A DNA stretch of 64,000 bases from Desulfonatronovibrionaceae bacterium (GCA_046539845.1 JBKHGE010000006.1:1-64000), one strand, 5' to 3'. Counted from the stretch's first letter, positions 1-9,161 are shown. Numbers and translations are program-made. The notes: generated from the sequence alone by a model not told the origin.

Positions 1-63
1 CCCTGCTTGCGCATAGGTTGAGGCCATAATCAAGGCTTCCATTTTTTTAAAAAACCTCTTCAT
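1..63 (-). CDS. 5' end of a hypothetical protein running off the window (MKRFFKKMEALIMASTYAQAG...)
   Basis: ATG at 63 with a GGGGAGGA Shine-Dalgarno upstream (71-78). The A-x-T-[YF]-A-[QE]-A-G motif resembles small conserved deltaproteobacterial proteins. Not in the ORF track. Confidence 0.65.
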   Translation of the reverse strand, partial: MKRFFKKMEALIMASTYAQAG

Positions 64-100
64 AATTATTTCCTCCCCTGTTTTTTTTCAATTGAATATA

Positions 101-117
101 TACAAATAATATGCCAA
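101..117 (-). promoter_or_regulatory. sigma54-type (-24/-12) promoter candidate
   Basis: Minus strand reads TTGGCAT-ATTAT-TTGTA against the consensus TGGCAC-N5-TTGCW. A GTTGC-N5-GCAAC palindrome at 179-193 could be the activator site. Confidence 0.45.
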
Positions 118-539
118 GTCTGCTCCCGATTGAAAACAATGTCTACAAACACGAATTGAGATGTGGAGCGCATAATCTGTTGCTCAACGCAACTCTTTGC
201 AGGCGGTTATCTGACAAGCAGGCAAAAAAAGCACATATCTCGCGTGCTGAATCAGAACCCGGGCATTGCGGAAAGCAACAGGTAGGGATTACTCGATTTT
301 AAACAGGGGTGGATCGATTCGTTCGCTTTTGCAGAAAGGACAGCGGTTGGGCTGGGCCAGTTTTTTTCTTTTTTCAAACGTATATTCGCAGGTAATGCCT
401 GCAGCAGGTAGAATAGTCAGCTGTCTGCCCTACCCATTTCGCGTCAAGCGGGATATGGGTAATGTGAAAAGCCAACTTTTCTTGTTCAGTCGTTGCCCTG
501 AGCCTATCATAGGTAAATAATGCATTTCTGGAGGTGGAT

Positions 540-707
540 ATGGAGCTGCGCAAGGCCATTTTGTCCCGCATGAGCATCAGGAAGTTCAGGCCTGATACGG
601 TGCCCAAAGAGCAGGTGGCCAAAATCCTGGAGCTGGCTTGCCCGGCAAAGTCCGGACGCCAAACGGCAGTGCCGGCAAATTGTTATCCCAGATGGACAGG
701 ATTATAG
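540..707 (+). pseudogene. truncated nitroreductase-family gene fragment
   Basis: GGAGG RBS, then MELRKAILSRMSIRKFRPDTVPKEQVAKILELAC, which matches the nitroreductase N-terminus (AI..R.SIRKF...V....ILE.A). It degenerates where APS..N.QPW is expected and stops at 55 aa. Confidence 0.7.
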
Positions 708-787
708 ACCGGGATTGTCCGCATTCAAGATTTAAGACTTAGCCCCCATGTCCGCTTTTCACTCAAGAGTGGAAGAGGCACACGAAT

Positions 788-832
788 CAGTGGAAGCGAT
801 AAATTTACTCAAATTTATCGCAGAGCTCACTG
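788..832. repeat. inverted repeat / hairpin
   Basis: Perfect 11-bp IR GCGATAAATTT-actc-AAATTTATCGC (796-821), with flanking CAGTG/CACTG extension, immediately downstream of the higA stop. Confidence 0.75.
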
Positions 833-833
833 G

Positions 834-1100
834 TTATGCAGCGTCCAACGGTTTAATCCGGTCAACTTCCTCCTTGAACGACTGGGCAGCAATCCACAGA
901 TCAACAGCACGCTGCGCATTCAGCCAGAACTCCGGAGAATTACAGAACAGACGGGCAAGCCGAAGCGCCATTTCCGGACTAACAGCCCGGCGTTCACGTA
1001 ACAGCTCATTGACCGACTGACGCGAGGCCCCCAAGGATTCAGCCAATCCGGCAACGGTCAAGTCATAGTCCGGTATGAAATCCGCTCTCAGCATCTCCCC
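834..1100 (-). pseudogene. higA: HigA-family antitoxin (XRE HTH), N-terminally truncated, no toxin partner
   Basis: GEMLRADFIPDYDLTVAGLAESLGASRQSVNELLRERRAVSPEMALRLARLFCNSPEFWLNAQ is typical HigA/VapI. The conserved (T/V)HP before GEML is replaced by topA promoter sequence, and there is no higB upstream. Confidence 0.8.
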
Positions 1101-1149
1101 TATTTTTACCCTTGATAACAAAAACTCCAGCATATATAGCCTGCTCATC

Positions 1150-3393
1150 ATGAGCAAAGATCTAATAATAGTCGAGTCACCGGCCAAAGTACGGACCATA
1201 AGCAAGTTTCTGGGCAAGGACTATCTGGTTGAGGCCTCGGTGGGGCACATCCGGGATCTTCCGGTCAAGGAGCTGGGCGTGGCCGAGGAAAACGATTTTA
1301 AGCCCGAATACCAGACCATCAAGGGCAAGCAGAAAATCGTCACCCAGCTTAAAAAAGCCGCCGCCCAGGCCGATCAGGTCTATCTGGCCCCGGACCCGGA
1401 CCGGGAGGGCGAGGCCATTGCCTGGCATATCGCCGAGGTTATCCGGGGGGAAAACAAGAACCTAAACCGCATCCAGTTCAATGAGATCACCTCCCGGGCG
1501 GTAAAAGAGGCCCTGGAGCACCCCCGCGAGCTGGACGAAAACCTGTTCAACTCCCAGCAGGCCCGCAGGATTCTGGACCGGCTGGTGGGATACAAGATAT
1601 CCCCGATCCTGTGGAAAAAGGTCAAAAGGGGACTTTCCGCGGGCCGGGTGCAGTCCGTGGCCCTTCGCCTGGTTGTGGACCGGGAAAGGGAAAGGCAGGC
1701 CTTTGATCCGGAGGAATACTGGGTATTTAAGTCCCTTCTTTGCGGAAGCGGCGGGGAGTTCGAGGCCGAACTGTGGAAGGTGGACAATAAAAAACCGGCC
1801 ATAGGCTCCGAGGAACAGGCCGAGGCCCTGCACTCCGAGATCAAGGACGCCGAGTTCCGGGTGGCGGAGATCCAGGAAAAGGAGAGAAAACGCCAGCCCA
1901 AGCCCCCGTTTATTACCTCCACTCTGCAGCAGGAAGCAAGCAGCAGACTGCGTTTTTCAGCCAAAAGGACCATGTCCACAGCCCAGCGCCTGTATGAGGG
2001 CGTGGAACTGGGGGACAGGGGGACCACCGCGCTCATCACCTACATGCGTACCGATTCGGTGCGGGTGGCCCGGGAGGCCCAGGAATCGGCCCGGGAATGG
2101 ATCAAGGACAAAATGGGGCCGGACTATTGCCCGCCCAAGATACGCAATTTCAAGGGCAAAAAATCTGCCCAGGACGCGCACGAGGCCATCCGCCCCGTGG
2201 ACCCGACCCTAACCCCGGAGGACATCCGCTCCTATCTGCCCGGGGATCAGTTCAAGCTCTATTCCCTTATCTGGGCCAGGTTCATCGCCTCCCAGATGGC
2301 GGCGGCCGTATTCTGGGACACCGTGGTCACAGTCCGGGCCGGCAAGACCCTGTGGCGGGCCAAAGGAGAACGCATAACCTTTCCCGGATTTCTGGCCGTG
2401 TACAAAACCCAGGATGCGGAAAAGGCCACGCAGCTCCCCAAGCTTCAGGAACAAGAAGAACTGGAACTCAAAGAGCTCACCAAGGAACAGAAATTCACCC
2501 AGCCGCCCCCCAGATTCAGCGAGGCCTCCCTGGTCAGAAAACTGGAGGAACTGGGTATCGGCCGGCCGTCCACATACGCGACCATTATCTCCACCATCGC
2601 GGACCGCAACTACGTGCAGATCGAGCAGAGGCAATTCATCCCCACCGAACTAGGCTGCGCGGTCAACGACCTTCTGGTCAGCCACTTCCCGCACTTAATG
2701 GATGCCGGTTTCACGGCCAACCTGGAAAACGATTTGGACACGGTGGCCTACGGGAAAAAGGATTGGGCGGAGCTGCTGCGCGAATTCGCTACCTATCTGT
2801 ACCCCTCCCTGGAAAAAGCCAAGGAGAACATGGCTGAAATCAAGGTCGGGATAGAGACGGATATAAAATGCCAGGAGTGCGGCCGGACCATGCTTATAAA
2901 ATTCGGAAGAAACGGGGCTTTTCTAGCCTGCTCCGGGTATCCGGACTGCAAATACACCTCGGATTTTGTCCGGGACGAAAAAGGAAATATCCAGGCGGTA
3001 GAGCGCAAGGAACAGGAGCTGGAAAAGGTGGGCACCTGCCCCAAATGCGGCAAAGACCTGGTGGTCAAAAAGGCGCGTACCGGGAGCCGGTTCATTGCCT
3101 GCACCGGATATCCGGACTGCAAATATACCCAGTCCTTTTCCACCGGGGTGAAATGCCCCCGGGAAGGCTGCTCCGGAGAACTGGTGGAAAGGGGGTCCAA
3201 AAAAGGAAAGGTCTTCTACGGCTGCAGCCAATACCCGGATTGCACCTTTGCCCTGTGGGACCTGCCGGTGAACAAGAAATGCCCGCAATGCGGCTTTCCT
3301 ATTCTGGTGCAAAAAAACACCAAGGCCCGGGGCGAGCACCTGGCCTGCCCGGAAAAAGGCTGCAACTATCGTGAGGATGGAGAAGAGGAATAA
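1150..3393 (+). CDS. topA: DNA topoisomerase I
   Basis: IIVESPAK TOPRIM start, DPDREGEAI, SAGRVQS, ITYMRTDS active-site Tyr, four C-terminal zinc ribbons. Start moved to ATG 1150. Confidence 0.98.
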   Translation: MSKDLIIVESPAKVRTISKFLGKDYLVEASVGHIRDLPVKELGVAEENDFKPEYQTIKGKQKIVTQLKKAAAQADQVYLAPDPDREGEAIAWHIAEVIRGENKNLNRIQFNEITSRAVKEALEHPRELDENLFNSQQARRILDRLVGYKISPILWKKVKRGLSAGRVQSVALRLVVDRERERQAFDPEEYWVFKSLLCGSGGEFEAELWKVDNKKPAIGSEEQAEALHSEIKDAEFRVAEIQEKERKRQPKPPFITSTLQQEASSRLRFSAKRTMSTAQRLYEGVELGDRGTTALITYMRTDSVRVAREAQESAREWIKDKMGPDYCPPKIRNFKGKKSAQDAHEAIRPVDPTLTPEDIRSYLPGDQFKLYSLIWARFIASQMAAAVFWDTVVTVRAGKTLWRAKGERITFPGFLAVYKTQDAEKATQLPKLQEQEELELKELTKEQKFTQPPPRFSEASLVRKLEELGIGRPSTYATIISTIADRNYVQIEQRQFIPTELGCAVNDLLVSHFPHLMDAGFTANLENDLDTVAYGKKDWAELLREFATYLYPSLEKAKENMAEIKVGIETDIKCQECGRTMLIKFGRNGAFLACSGYPDCKYTSDFVRDEKGNIQAVERKEQELEKVGTCPKCGKDLVVKKARTGSRFIACTGYPDCKYTQSFSTGVKCPREGCSGELVERGSKKGKVFYGCSQYPDCTFALWDLPVNKKCPQCGFPILVQKNTKARGEHLACPEKGCNYREDGEEE

Positions 3394-3402
3394 GTTTATT
3401 TT

Positions 3403-3515
3403 TCTCTCTCACCCGCTCGAAGACTCGCTCGGGGCGCTGAGACGCGGAGAAGAAGTACTTCTTTATGATTTCTCCGCGTCGGAGAAATCATAAAGGTCAC
3501 CCGCCCCTGGCGGGG
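3403..3515. repeat. intergenic palindromic element (REP/MITE-like) with alternative hairpins
   Basis: 15-bp perfect IR CTTTATGATTTCTCC/GGAGAAATCATAAAG (3461-3495), an overlapping alternative IR GACGCGGAGAA/TTCTCCGCGTC (3441-3480), palindrome AGAAGTACTTCT and a small CCCGCC/GGCGGG hairpin. Confidence 0.65.
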
Positions 3516-3612
3516 AACACCTGGTCATATCCTCCGATTTAGGGGAAAATGAGCATGTAGTTTCTCTTTGTTGCCTTCCCCCCTGCGCACTTTCAAGCTT
3601 GCAATGCCGGGT

Positions 3613-4494
3613 CTAGATCCTGACCTCGTATTTGCGGCAAAAATCCGAGGGCAAATAGGAATTTTTGGCCTTGCGCAGTCCCGGATCGCCCAGGTCTTGC
3701 TCCCGGTTTACGATTTTGTATCCGGATGCGGAATTCTTTAAGAAAATCTGGTTTATGGCCTGATAAATCCCCTTGTACTGGGGGCAGCCCTTCTCGAAAT
3801 GGATGACCAGCATCTCCGGGCTCAACTCCTCGGCCACGGTATAGGCGATCATATGCCCTTCCATCAACAGGCCGCCACCGAAAACACCGCGGATTTTCTC
3901 CCAGTCGTGAAAGACCCTGATTATGGCGCTGTTTTCCGCCTCCAGGGCCTCGGAATCCTCACATTCCTTCCACAGGCACCATTCCGACTGCAGAGTCAAA
4001 GCCTTTTCAATCAATTCCGAATCCAGATCCACGTATTCAAATTCATACTTGCGCAGGAACTGGTTAAGTAAATTCTTTTTCTTGTGCAGTTTGTTGCCCT
4101 TGAGCTCAATCAATTGCTGCACTGGATATAAATAATCCCAGTGCTCCTCGGCTTCGTTCACCTCGATCGGGCCGAATTGTTTCGTCCATATCCGGGCCAG
4201 TTCCCGGGGTATCCGGGTAAAACAGGTCCCGGCCGGAAATCTGGATATCAGCTTTTTCCAATCCTGCTTCCAATTCCCAATCGGGGCCCAGTATATTTCC
4301 TCCGGGATAGTCTGTTTTATCCACACCAGCTTGTTTCCCTGGTCAAAAGACCAGTCAAGGCCGTATTCCTCGGCCCAGCCCCACAGGTTGGCAAAGCTGT
4401 AGTCCGAGGCAATGCACCCGCAGTAGCCTAAAAAGTTCAAATATTTTTCCTGCTCGGGCAGGGAAATCGGTTCAAATTTCATTATCTCCCTCAT
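3613..4494 (-). CDS. DUF2156 / aminoacyl-phosphatidylglycerol synthase C-terminal (GNAT-like) domain protein
   Basis: SDYSFANLWGW, DYLY...LKGNKLHKKKN, IHFEKG...GIYQAINQ and NREQDLGDPGLRKAKNSY.P motifs. Confidence 0.85.
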   Translation of the reverse strand: MREIMKFEPISLPEQEKYLNFLGYCGCIASDYSFANLWGWAEEYGLDWSFDQGNKLVWIKQTIPEEIYWAPIGNWKQDWKKLISRFPAGTCFTRIPRELARIWTKQFGPIEVNEAEEHWDYLYPVQQLIELKGNKLHKKKNLLNQFLRKYEFEYVDLDSELIEKALTLQSEWCLWKECEDSEALEAENSAIIRVFHDWEKIRGVFGGGLLMEGHMIAYTVAEELSPEMLVIHFEKGCPQYKGIYQAINQIFLKNSASGYKIVNREQDLGDPGLRKAKNSYLPSDFCRKYEVRI

Positions 4495-4689
4495 ACATTA
4501 ACATTTACCCCGCCGATTAAAAAGCAAACGGCTTCAATAATATATAATAAACATTCCTTCCAAGGCTGTCGACTGACAAAATCCGAACCCCACCCAGCAG
4601 TTGACGTTTGCCCTTGTGTGACATAACCATGCCCGGAATATAAGCACCTATTTCCTTAATCCAGAACTAAGACCTATCAAGGACTTTTA

Positions 4690-5571
4690 ATGCACCCCAA
4701 AACCGGCCTTTTTATGAGATTCAAGGAGTGGACCTTCTCCCCCCTGTGGAACGTGGGGCTTTTGACTATAGGTGCATTTATTATTGCTGTGGCAGTCAAA
4801 GGCATCGGCTTGCCGCATCAATTCATAGCCGGAGGGGTCTCCGGGATAAGCCTTATCCTGGTTTACACGACTGATATCTTTTCCCTGACCACCTGGTTTT
4901 TGATCCTTAACCTGCCCCTTTTTGTGATCGGTTTTATGTTTGTAAGCCCCAGGTTTGTCATCTACAGTCTGTACGGGATGCTGGCCATCTCCTTTTTTTA
5001 TGGCGTCATAGACGTAACCCTGCCCATCAACGACACCTTCCTGGCCGCGCTCAGCTACGGAACCCTTCTGGGCGCGGGCATGGGCCTCGGTTTTCGCACC
5101 CTGGGCTCCACCGGGGGAACGGACATACTGGCCGTGCTTTTGCAGCAGAAATACAATATCCGCATCGGGCAGACCATTTTCGTCTTAACCCTGGCCATTT
5201 TCGGGGCCGGATTTCTTTTTCTGGATACTGACGCGGTGCTCTATTCCCTGACCGCGGTTTTCGTGGCCTCCGTGGTTTCCGAATACTTTATGGGCATGTT
5301 CAATCAGCGCAAAATGGCCCTGATAATAACCGAGAACCCGGATCCCATAGCCGAAGCAATCACTCAGGACCTGCACAGGGGATCCACCTTTCTGTATGGT
5401 AAAGGGGCGTATACGGGCCGGGAAAAACGGATGCTCATGACCGTAATCAACAACTATCAATTAAAGAGGCTGGAGGAACTGGTCTTTAATCTCGACCCGC
5501 ACGCCTTTGTCATCTTTGAAAACACCTTTAATGTCATCGGCCAGGGATTTTCCAGGCGCAAGGTATATTGA
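4690..5571 (+). CDS. YitT family membrane protein (DUF161/DUF2179)
   Basis: GGVSGIS, LNLPLF, GSTGGTDILA, RGST...G.GAYTG and DPHAFV...V.G.GF motifs. Confidence 0.9.
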   Translation: MHPKTGLFMRFKEWTFSPLWNVGLLTIGAFIIAVAVKGIGLPHQFIAGGVSGISLILVYTTDIFSLTTWFLILNLPLFVIGFMFVSPRFVIYSLYGMLAISFFYGVIDVTLPINDTFLAALSYGTLLGAGMGLGFRTLGSTGGTDILAVLLQQKYNIRIGQTIFVLTLAIFGAGFLFLDTDAVLYSLTAVFVASVVSEYFMGMFNQRKMALIITENPDPIAEAITQDLHRGSTFLYGKGAYTGREKRMLMTVINNYQLKRLEELVFNLDPHAFVIFENTFNVIGQGFSRRKVY

Positions 5572-5579
5572 GTCTTAAA

Positions 5580-6374
5580 ATGAGCAGGCAGGAAATACCC
5601 CCCCCAATCCTTTTTCTGACCGACTTCGGTTTGAACGACCCCTATGTGGGGCAGATGAAAGCAGCCGTGCTCCGGGCCTTTCCCCGGGCACGCATGCTGG
5701 ACCTGACCCATGGGGTGCAGCCGTTTAACACCCGGCAGGCCGGCTTTTTCCTGTATTCCAGTTTGACCCACGCCCCGGAGGAAAGTGTGTTCACCTGTGT
5801 GGTTGATCCGGGAGTGGGCTCGAACAGGCGCATCGTGCTTTTGCGCATAAAAAACCGCTGGGTGCTGGCCCCGGACAACGGTCTTGTCTCCCTGACCCTC
5901 ACCCGGACAAAGGCGCAGGAATGCCTGCAAATAAAAACTCCTCCGGGAATAAGCTCCACCTTTCACGGCCGGGACATTTTCGCCCCGGCCGCGGCAGAGC
6001 TGGCTGCCGGGACAGATCCGGCCTCGCTCGGAACCGCTCTGGATCCGGGAACCCTGGTCATAGATGCGGATATCTCGCCCAAGGTAAAAGACAAAGAGAT
6101 CGACTGTCTGGTTTTGCACGTGGACCGCTTCGGAAACGCGGTTTTGAACCTCCCGAATTCGGGCCGGGAAGCAGACACGATCCGGGCCGCGGACTGGGCT
6201 CTTCAGGACTGCTCCATTTCTGCGGTCCGCTATTATCAGCAGCTGGGACCGGGGCAGACCGGGATTCTGGCCGGGAGCCAGGGGTTTTTGGAGCTGGCCA
6301 TGAACCGGGACTCGGCCGCTTCCAGGTTCAAACTCGCCTGCGGACAAAAAATAAGGCTTGTTTGCCGGCAATGA
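5580..6374 (+). CDS. SAM hydrolase / SAM-dependent halogenase family (DUF62)
   Basis: LTDFGLNDPYVGQMK, VVDPGVGS.RR, APDNGL, SSTFHGRDIFAP, HVDRFGN and LELAMN motifs. Confidence 0.92.
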   Translation: MSRQEIPPPILFLTDFGLNDPYVGQMKAAVLRAFPRARMLDLTHGVQPFNTRQAGFFLYSSLTHAPEESVFTCVVDPGVGSNRRIVLLRIKNRWVLAPDNGLVSLTLTRTKAQECLQIKTPPGISSTFHGRDIFAPAAAELAAGTDPASLGTALDPGTLVIDADISPKVKDKEIDCLVLHVDRFGNAVLNLPNSGREADTIRAADWALQDCSISAVRYYQQLGPGQTGILAGSQGFLELAMNRDSAASRFKLACGQKIRLVCRQ

Positions 6375-7099
6375 AATTCCTGCTCGACTTCCGGCTCTGC
6401 CTGTCTTTTTTAAGCAGGTTTAAGACCGGCCCGCACGTACTTGACCCGGATTTTTCCCGGACCCTGGCCTGGTTTGTGCCCTGCGGCCTTATCCTGGGCC
6501 TATGCCTGAGTCTGCCGCTGTGGATCCTTAAGGACGGCCCGCCCCCGGCCGCTTTAGCCTGGATCGTGGTCCTGGGGGAGGTCTATCTGACTCGGGGGCT
6601 GCACTGGGACGGGTGGGCCGACTTCTGGGACGCGGTGGGCAGCAATGCCCGGGGGGAGAGATTCTGGGAAATCCTCAAGGACAGCCGCATCGGGGTTTTC
6701 GGCGCCCTGGGCATAGCCTTGGGCATCTCCGGAGAGATCGTCTTGCTCAGCGCGGCTGAAGCGGCCTGGACTGCCGTGGTCTGGGCCATGGTGCTGGGAA
6801 GACTCGCTCCGGTGCTACAGGCCCGGATGGGACAGGGACTGGAGCGGCCCGGTCTGGGACAGATGTTTATCCAGAAAGCGGACCGAAAGACTGTTTTGGG
6901 CTCCTGTGCGGGCACGGCGATAATCGGAGCCCTGCTGATCGGCCCCTGGGGAGTGTTTGTCTCCGGTGCGGTCCTGACCCCAGCCCTCTGCGGCCTGCAG
7001 GCAACGGCCCGGCGGCAGGGGGGACTAAACGGCGATTTTCTGGGTGCGGGGATAATCTCCGGTCAGCTGGCCGGGTACCTAGGGGCCGCGCTTATCTAG
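6371..7099 (+). CDS. cobS: adenosylcobinamide-GDP ribazoletransferase (cobalamin synthase)
   Basis: LTRGLHWDGWADFWDA, ILKDSRIGVFG, GLG and GGLNGDFLGA motifs. ATG 6371 overlaps the upstream stop (ATGA). Confidence 0.92.
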   Translation: MKFLLDFRLCLSFLSRFKTGPHVLDPDFSRTLAWFVPCGLILGLCLSLPLWILKDGPPPAALAWIVVLGEVYLTRGLHWDGWADFWDAVGSNARGERFWEILKDSRIGVFGALGIALGISGEIVLLSAAEAAWTAVVWAMVLGRLAPVLQARMGQGLERPGLGQMFIQKADRKTVLGSCAGTAIIGALLIGPWGVFVSGAVLTPALCGLQATARRQGGLNGDFLGAGIISGQLAGYLGAALI

Positions 7100-7107
7100 T
7101 CCCGGGT

Positions 7108-9057
7108 TTAAGGGGCCGGCTCCAGCCCCTGACCGGGATGCATCTCCCGGCCGCACAGCCCGGTTTCATATCCGCCCAGCCCCTCGATCCTTTTTTTCAC
7201 CTCTTCTTGACTCAGCAGATCCAGTAAGGTGCGCACCTTGGGATCATTCAGGCTGTCTTCGGAAACGAGCAGATCATAGCGTTCCCGGGCCAAGGGGACG
7301 AAGTCCAGACCCAGGGCCCCAGCGGCGGCACTAATGCCCAGACCGCAATCGGCAATGCCGCTTAGGACATTCACAGCCACTGCCATATGCGTGAATTCCT
7401 CGTTTTCATACCCCTTGACCTCATCCGGGGCTATATTGTTCTTTTCCAGATGATAATCGAGGAGGATCCTTGTCCCCGCCCCCCGCTGCCGATTGATGAA
7501 GGTAATGTCGTTTCGGCGCAGGTCCTCGATACTTTTTATGCTTTTGGGATTGCCCCGGGGCACGATCAATCCCTGGTGACGGACGGCCAGATTGAACAGC
7601 CGGACTTGCCCACCCGGCAGATAACGCTTTAAAAACGGGAAATTGAAATCCTCGGACCCAGGATCAAAGAGATGTATCCCGGCCATATGCGCGTTGCCCC
7701 CCTTTATGGCCGTCAGCCCGCCCATACTGCCTACATGGGTGGAACTCATCCGCACAGGCCGGTCCAGGGCCATGAGCTCGTTGGCCAGAAGATCCAGGGT
7801 ATTGTCGTGGCTGCCCACCACCACCAGGGTGCGCTCGATCTCTTCTCCGGGGACCAGAAGTTCAGCCCTGACCAGGCTGCCCTCCTCCAGGCCCTCGGCC
7901 TCAGAAGGCACAGAGACCAGGCCCTGGGCCCGGGTCATGGAGGTTATGCTCCCCGCCCCGCGGGGCAGGGGAGTAGCCACGTACCTGTCCTTCACCCGGC
8001 CCAGAGAGACCCGCAAAAATTCCTCCATGCCGGGACGAGAGGGCACTCTGCGGGTCAAAAAGACTTCCACAACCTCCCGTTGCGGGACAAGCCGGTGCTG
8101 AAGGGCAAAGACAACAGGCCTCAGGATGCGCTCGAAACAGATAATTGAACTCACCGGATACCCGGGGGCGCCGATAAGGACAGTCTTATCCGTGCACCCT
8201 ATAATCGTCGGTTTTCCGGGCATGGCCTTTATCCCGTGCACAAGCACCCTGCCCTTTTCTTCAATCACCCGGCGGGTAAAATCCCTGCTCCCGGCCGAGG
8301 ATCCGGCGCCAAGGACTACAATATGCGCCCCCCGACCGATCGCCTCGTCCACTGCCTGGTTCAGCTCAGAAATATTGTCCGGGACTGGCGGACGGCGCCG
8401 AAAATTACAGCCCCAGTCCCGGGCCATTCCGGCCAGGACCTGGGAGTTGCTCTCTACCACCTGACCAGGTCCGGGGACCGGTTTTTTCTGAAAATCCACC
8501 ACCTCGTCCCCGGAAGGTATAAACTCGATGTTTACCCTTTCTAAAACAGACAGCTCCCATATCCCAGCGGTCAAAAGCGCGCCCAGGTCATAAACGCTCA
8601 CTTCGTGATTGCGGGGCAAAAGGAGCTCCGAGGCTACAATGTCCTCCCCTATCCTGCGCACGTGCTGCCAGGGAAAGGCGGGCTTTTCCAGAACTACGTC
8701 CCCATTTTCCAACCTTTGGACATGCTCGATCATGACCACGGCATCGGTGCCCGGAGGAAGCGGGCCCCCGGTATTTACCCATTGAAAATCCCGCTCCAAG
8801 GAAAGGGTCACTGGGCTGCCCTCCCGGGCCCGGAAAGTGGACTCCGCCTTTAGAGCCACTCCATCCATGGCCGCGCTGTGAAAAGTGGGCGAGGACAGCC
8901 TGGCCCATACCGGCTCGGCCGTAACCCGGCCGATCGCCTCCTGGGCCGGGACGACCTCAATCTGAAGAAGGCTGCCCAGGTCGAGCTCTTCCCCTAGCCG
9001 GTGCAAGGCGACTTCAATAGGCATAACCTGCAAATAAATATTTCTATCCTCAGACAT
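7108..9057 (-). CDS. moeA: molybdopterin molybdotransferase MoeA fused to a C-terminal PBP-type domain
   Basis: SAAMDG, GSSAGSRDF, PGKP, PGYPVS. C-terminal GSHD, GSMGGL, FINRQRGAGTR and E.YDL are typical of the MoeA-PBP fusion. Confidence 0.92.
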   Translation of the reverse strand: MSEDRNIYLQVMPIEVALHRLGEELDLGSLLQIEVVPAQEAIGRVTAEPVWARLSSPTFHSAAMDGVALKAESTFRAREGSPVTLSLERDFQWVNTGGPLPPGTDAVVMIEHVQRLENGDVVLEKPAFPWQHVRRIGEDIVASELLLPRNHEVSVYDLGALLTAGIWELSVLERVNIEFIPSGDEVVDFQKKPVPGPGQVVESNSQVLAGMARDWGCNFRRRPPVPDNISELNQAVDEAIGRGAHIVVLGAGSSAGSRDFTRRVIEEKGRVLVHGIKAMPGKPTIIGCTDKTVLIGAPGYPVSSIICFERILRPVVFALQHRLVPQREVVEVFLTRRVPSRPGMEEFLRVSLGRVKDRYVATPLPRGAGSITSMTRAQGLVSVPSEAEGLEEGSLVRAELLVPGEEIERTLVVVGSHDNTLDLLANELMALDRPVRMSSTHVGSMGGLTAIKGGNAHMAGIHLFDPGSEDFNFPFLKRYLPGGQVRLFNLAVRHQGLIVPRGNPKSIKSIEDLRRNDITFINRQRGAGTRILLDYHLEKNNIAPDEVKGYENEEFTHMAVAVNVLSGIADCGLGISAAAGALGLDFVPLARERYDLLVSEDSLNDPKVRTLLDLLSQEEVKKRIEGLGGYETGLCGREMHPGQGLEPAP

Positions 9058-9161
9058 ATAGGCTCCTTTATCAGCGTTCTAAAATTGCAGATGCCCTAAC
9101 TGGATCCGGCCGACCCCGTAGGGAACAGACCCCTTTAAGGGCAGACAAATCTTTATCCACC

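Noticed and set aside
431..461. TACCCAT...ATGGGTA hairpin as an IS end
   Set aside because: No transposase, partner repeat or target duplication visible.
834..1217. Full-length 127-aa HigA as given in the ORF track
   Set aside because: The N-terminal 39 aa are the antisense of the topA start and promoter and show no HigA similarity.
2926..3129. Near-identical 33-nt direct repeats (GCCTGC.CCGG.TATCCGGACTGCAAATA.ACC)
   Set aside because: They encode the repeated zinc-ribbon motif ACxGYPDCKYT of TopA; not a CRISPR or mobile repeat.
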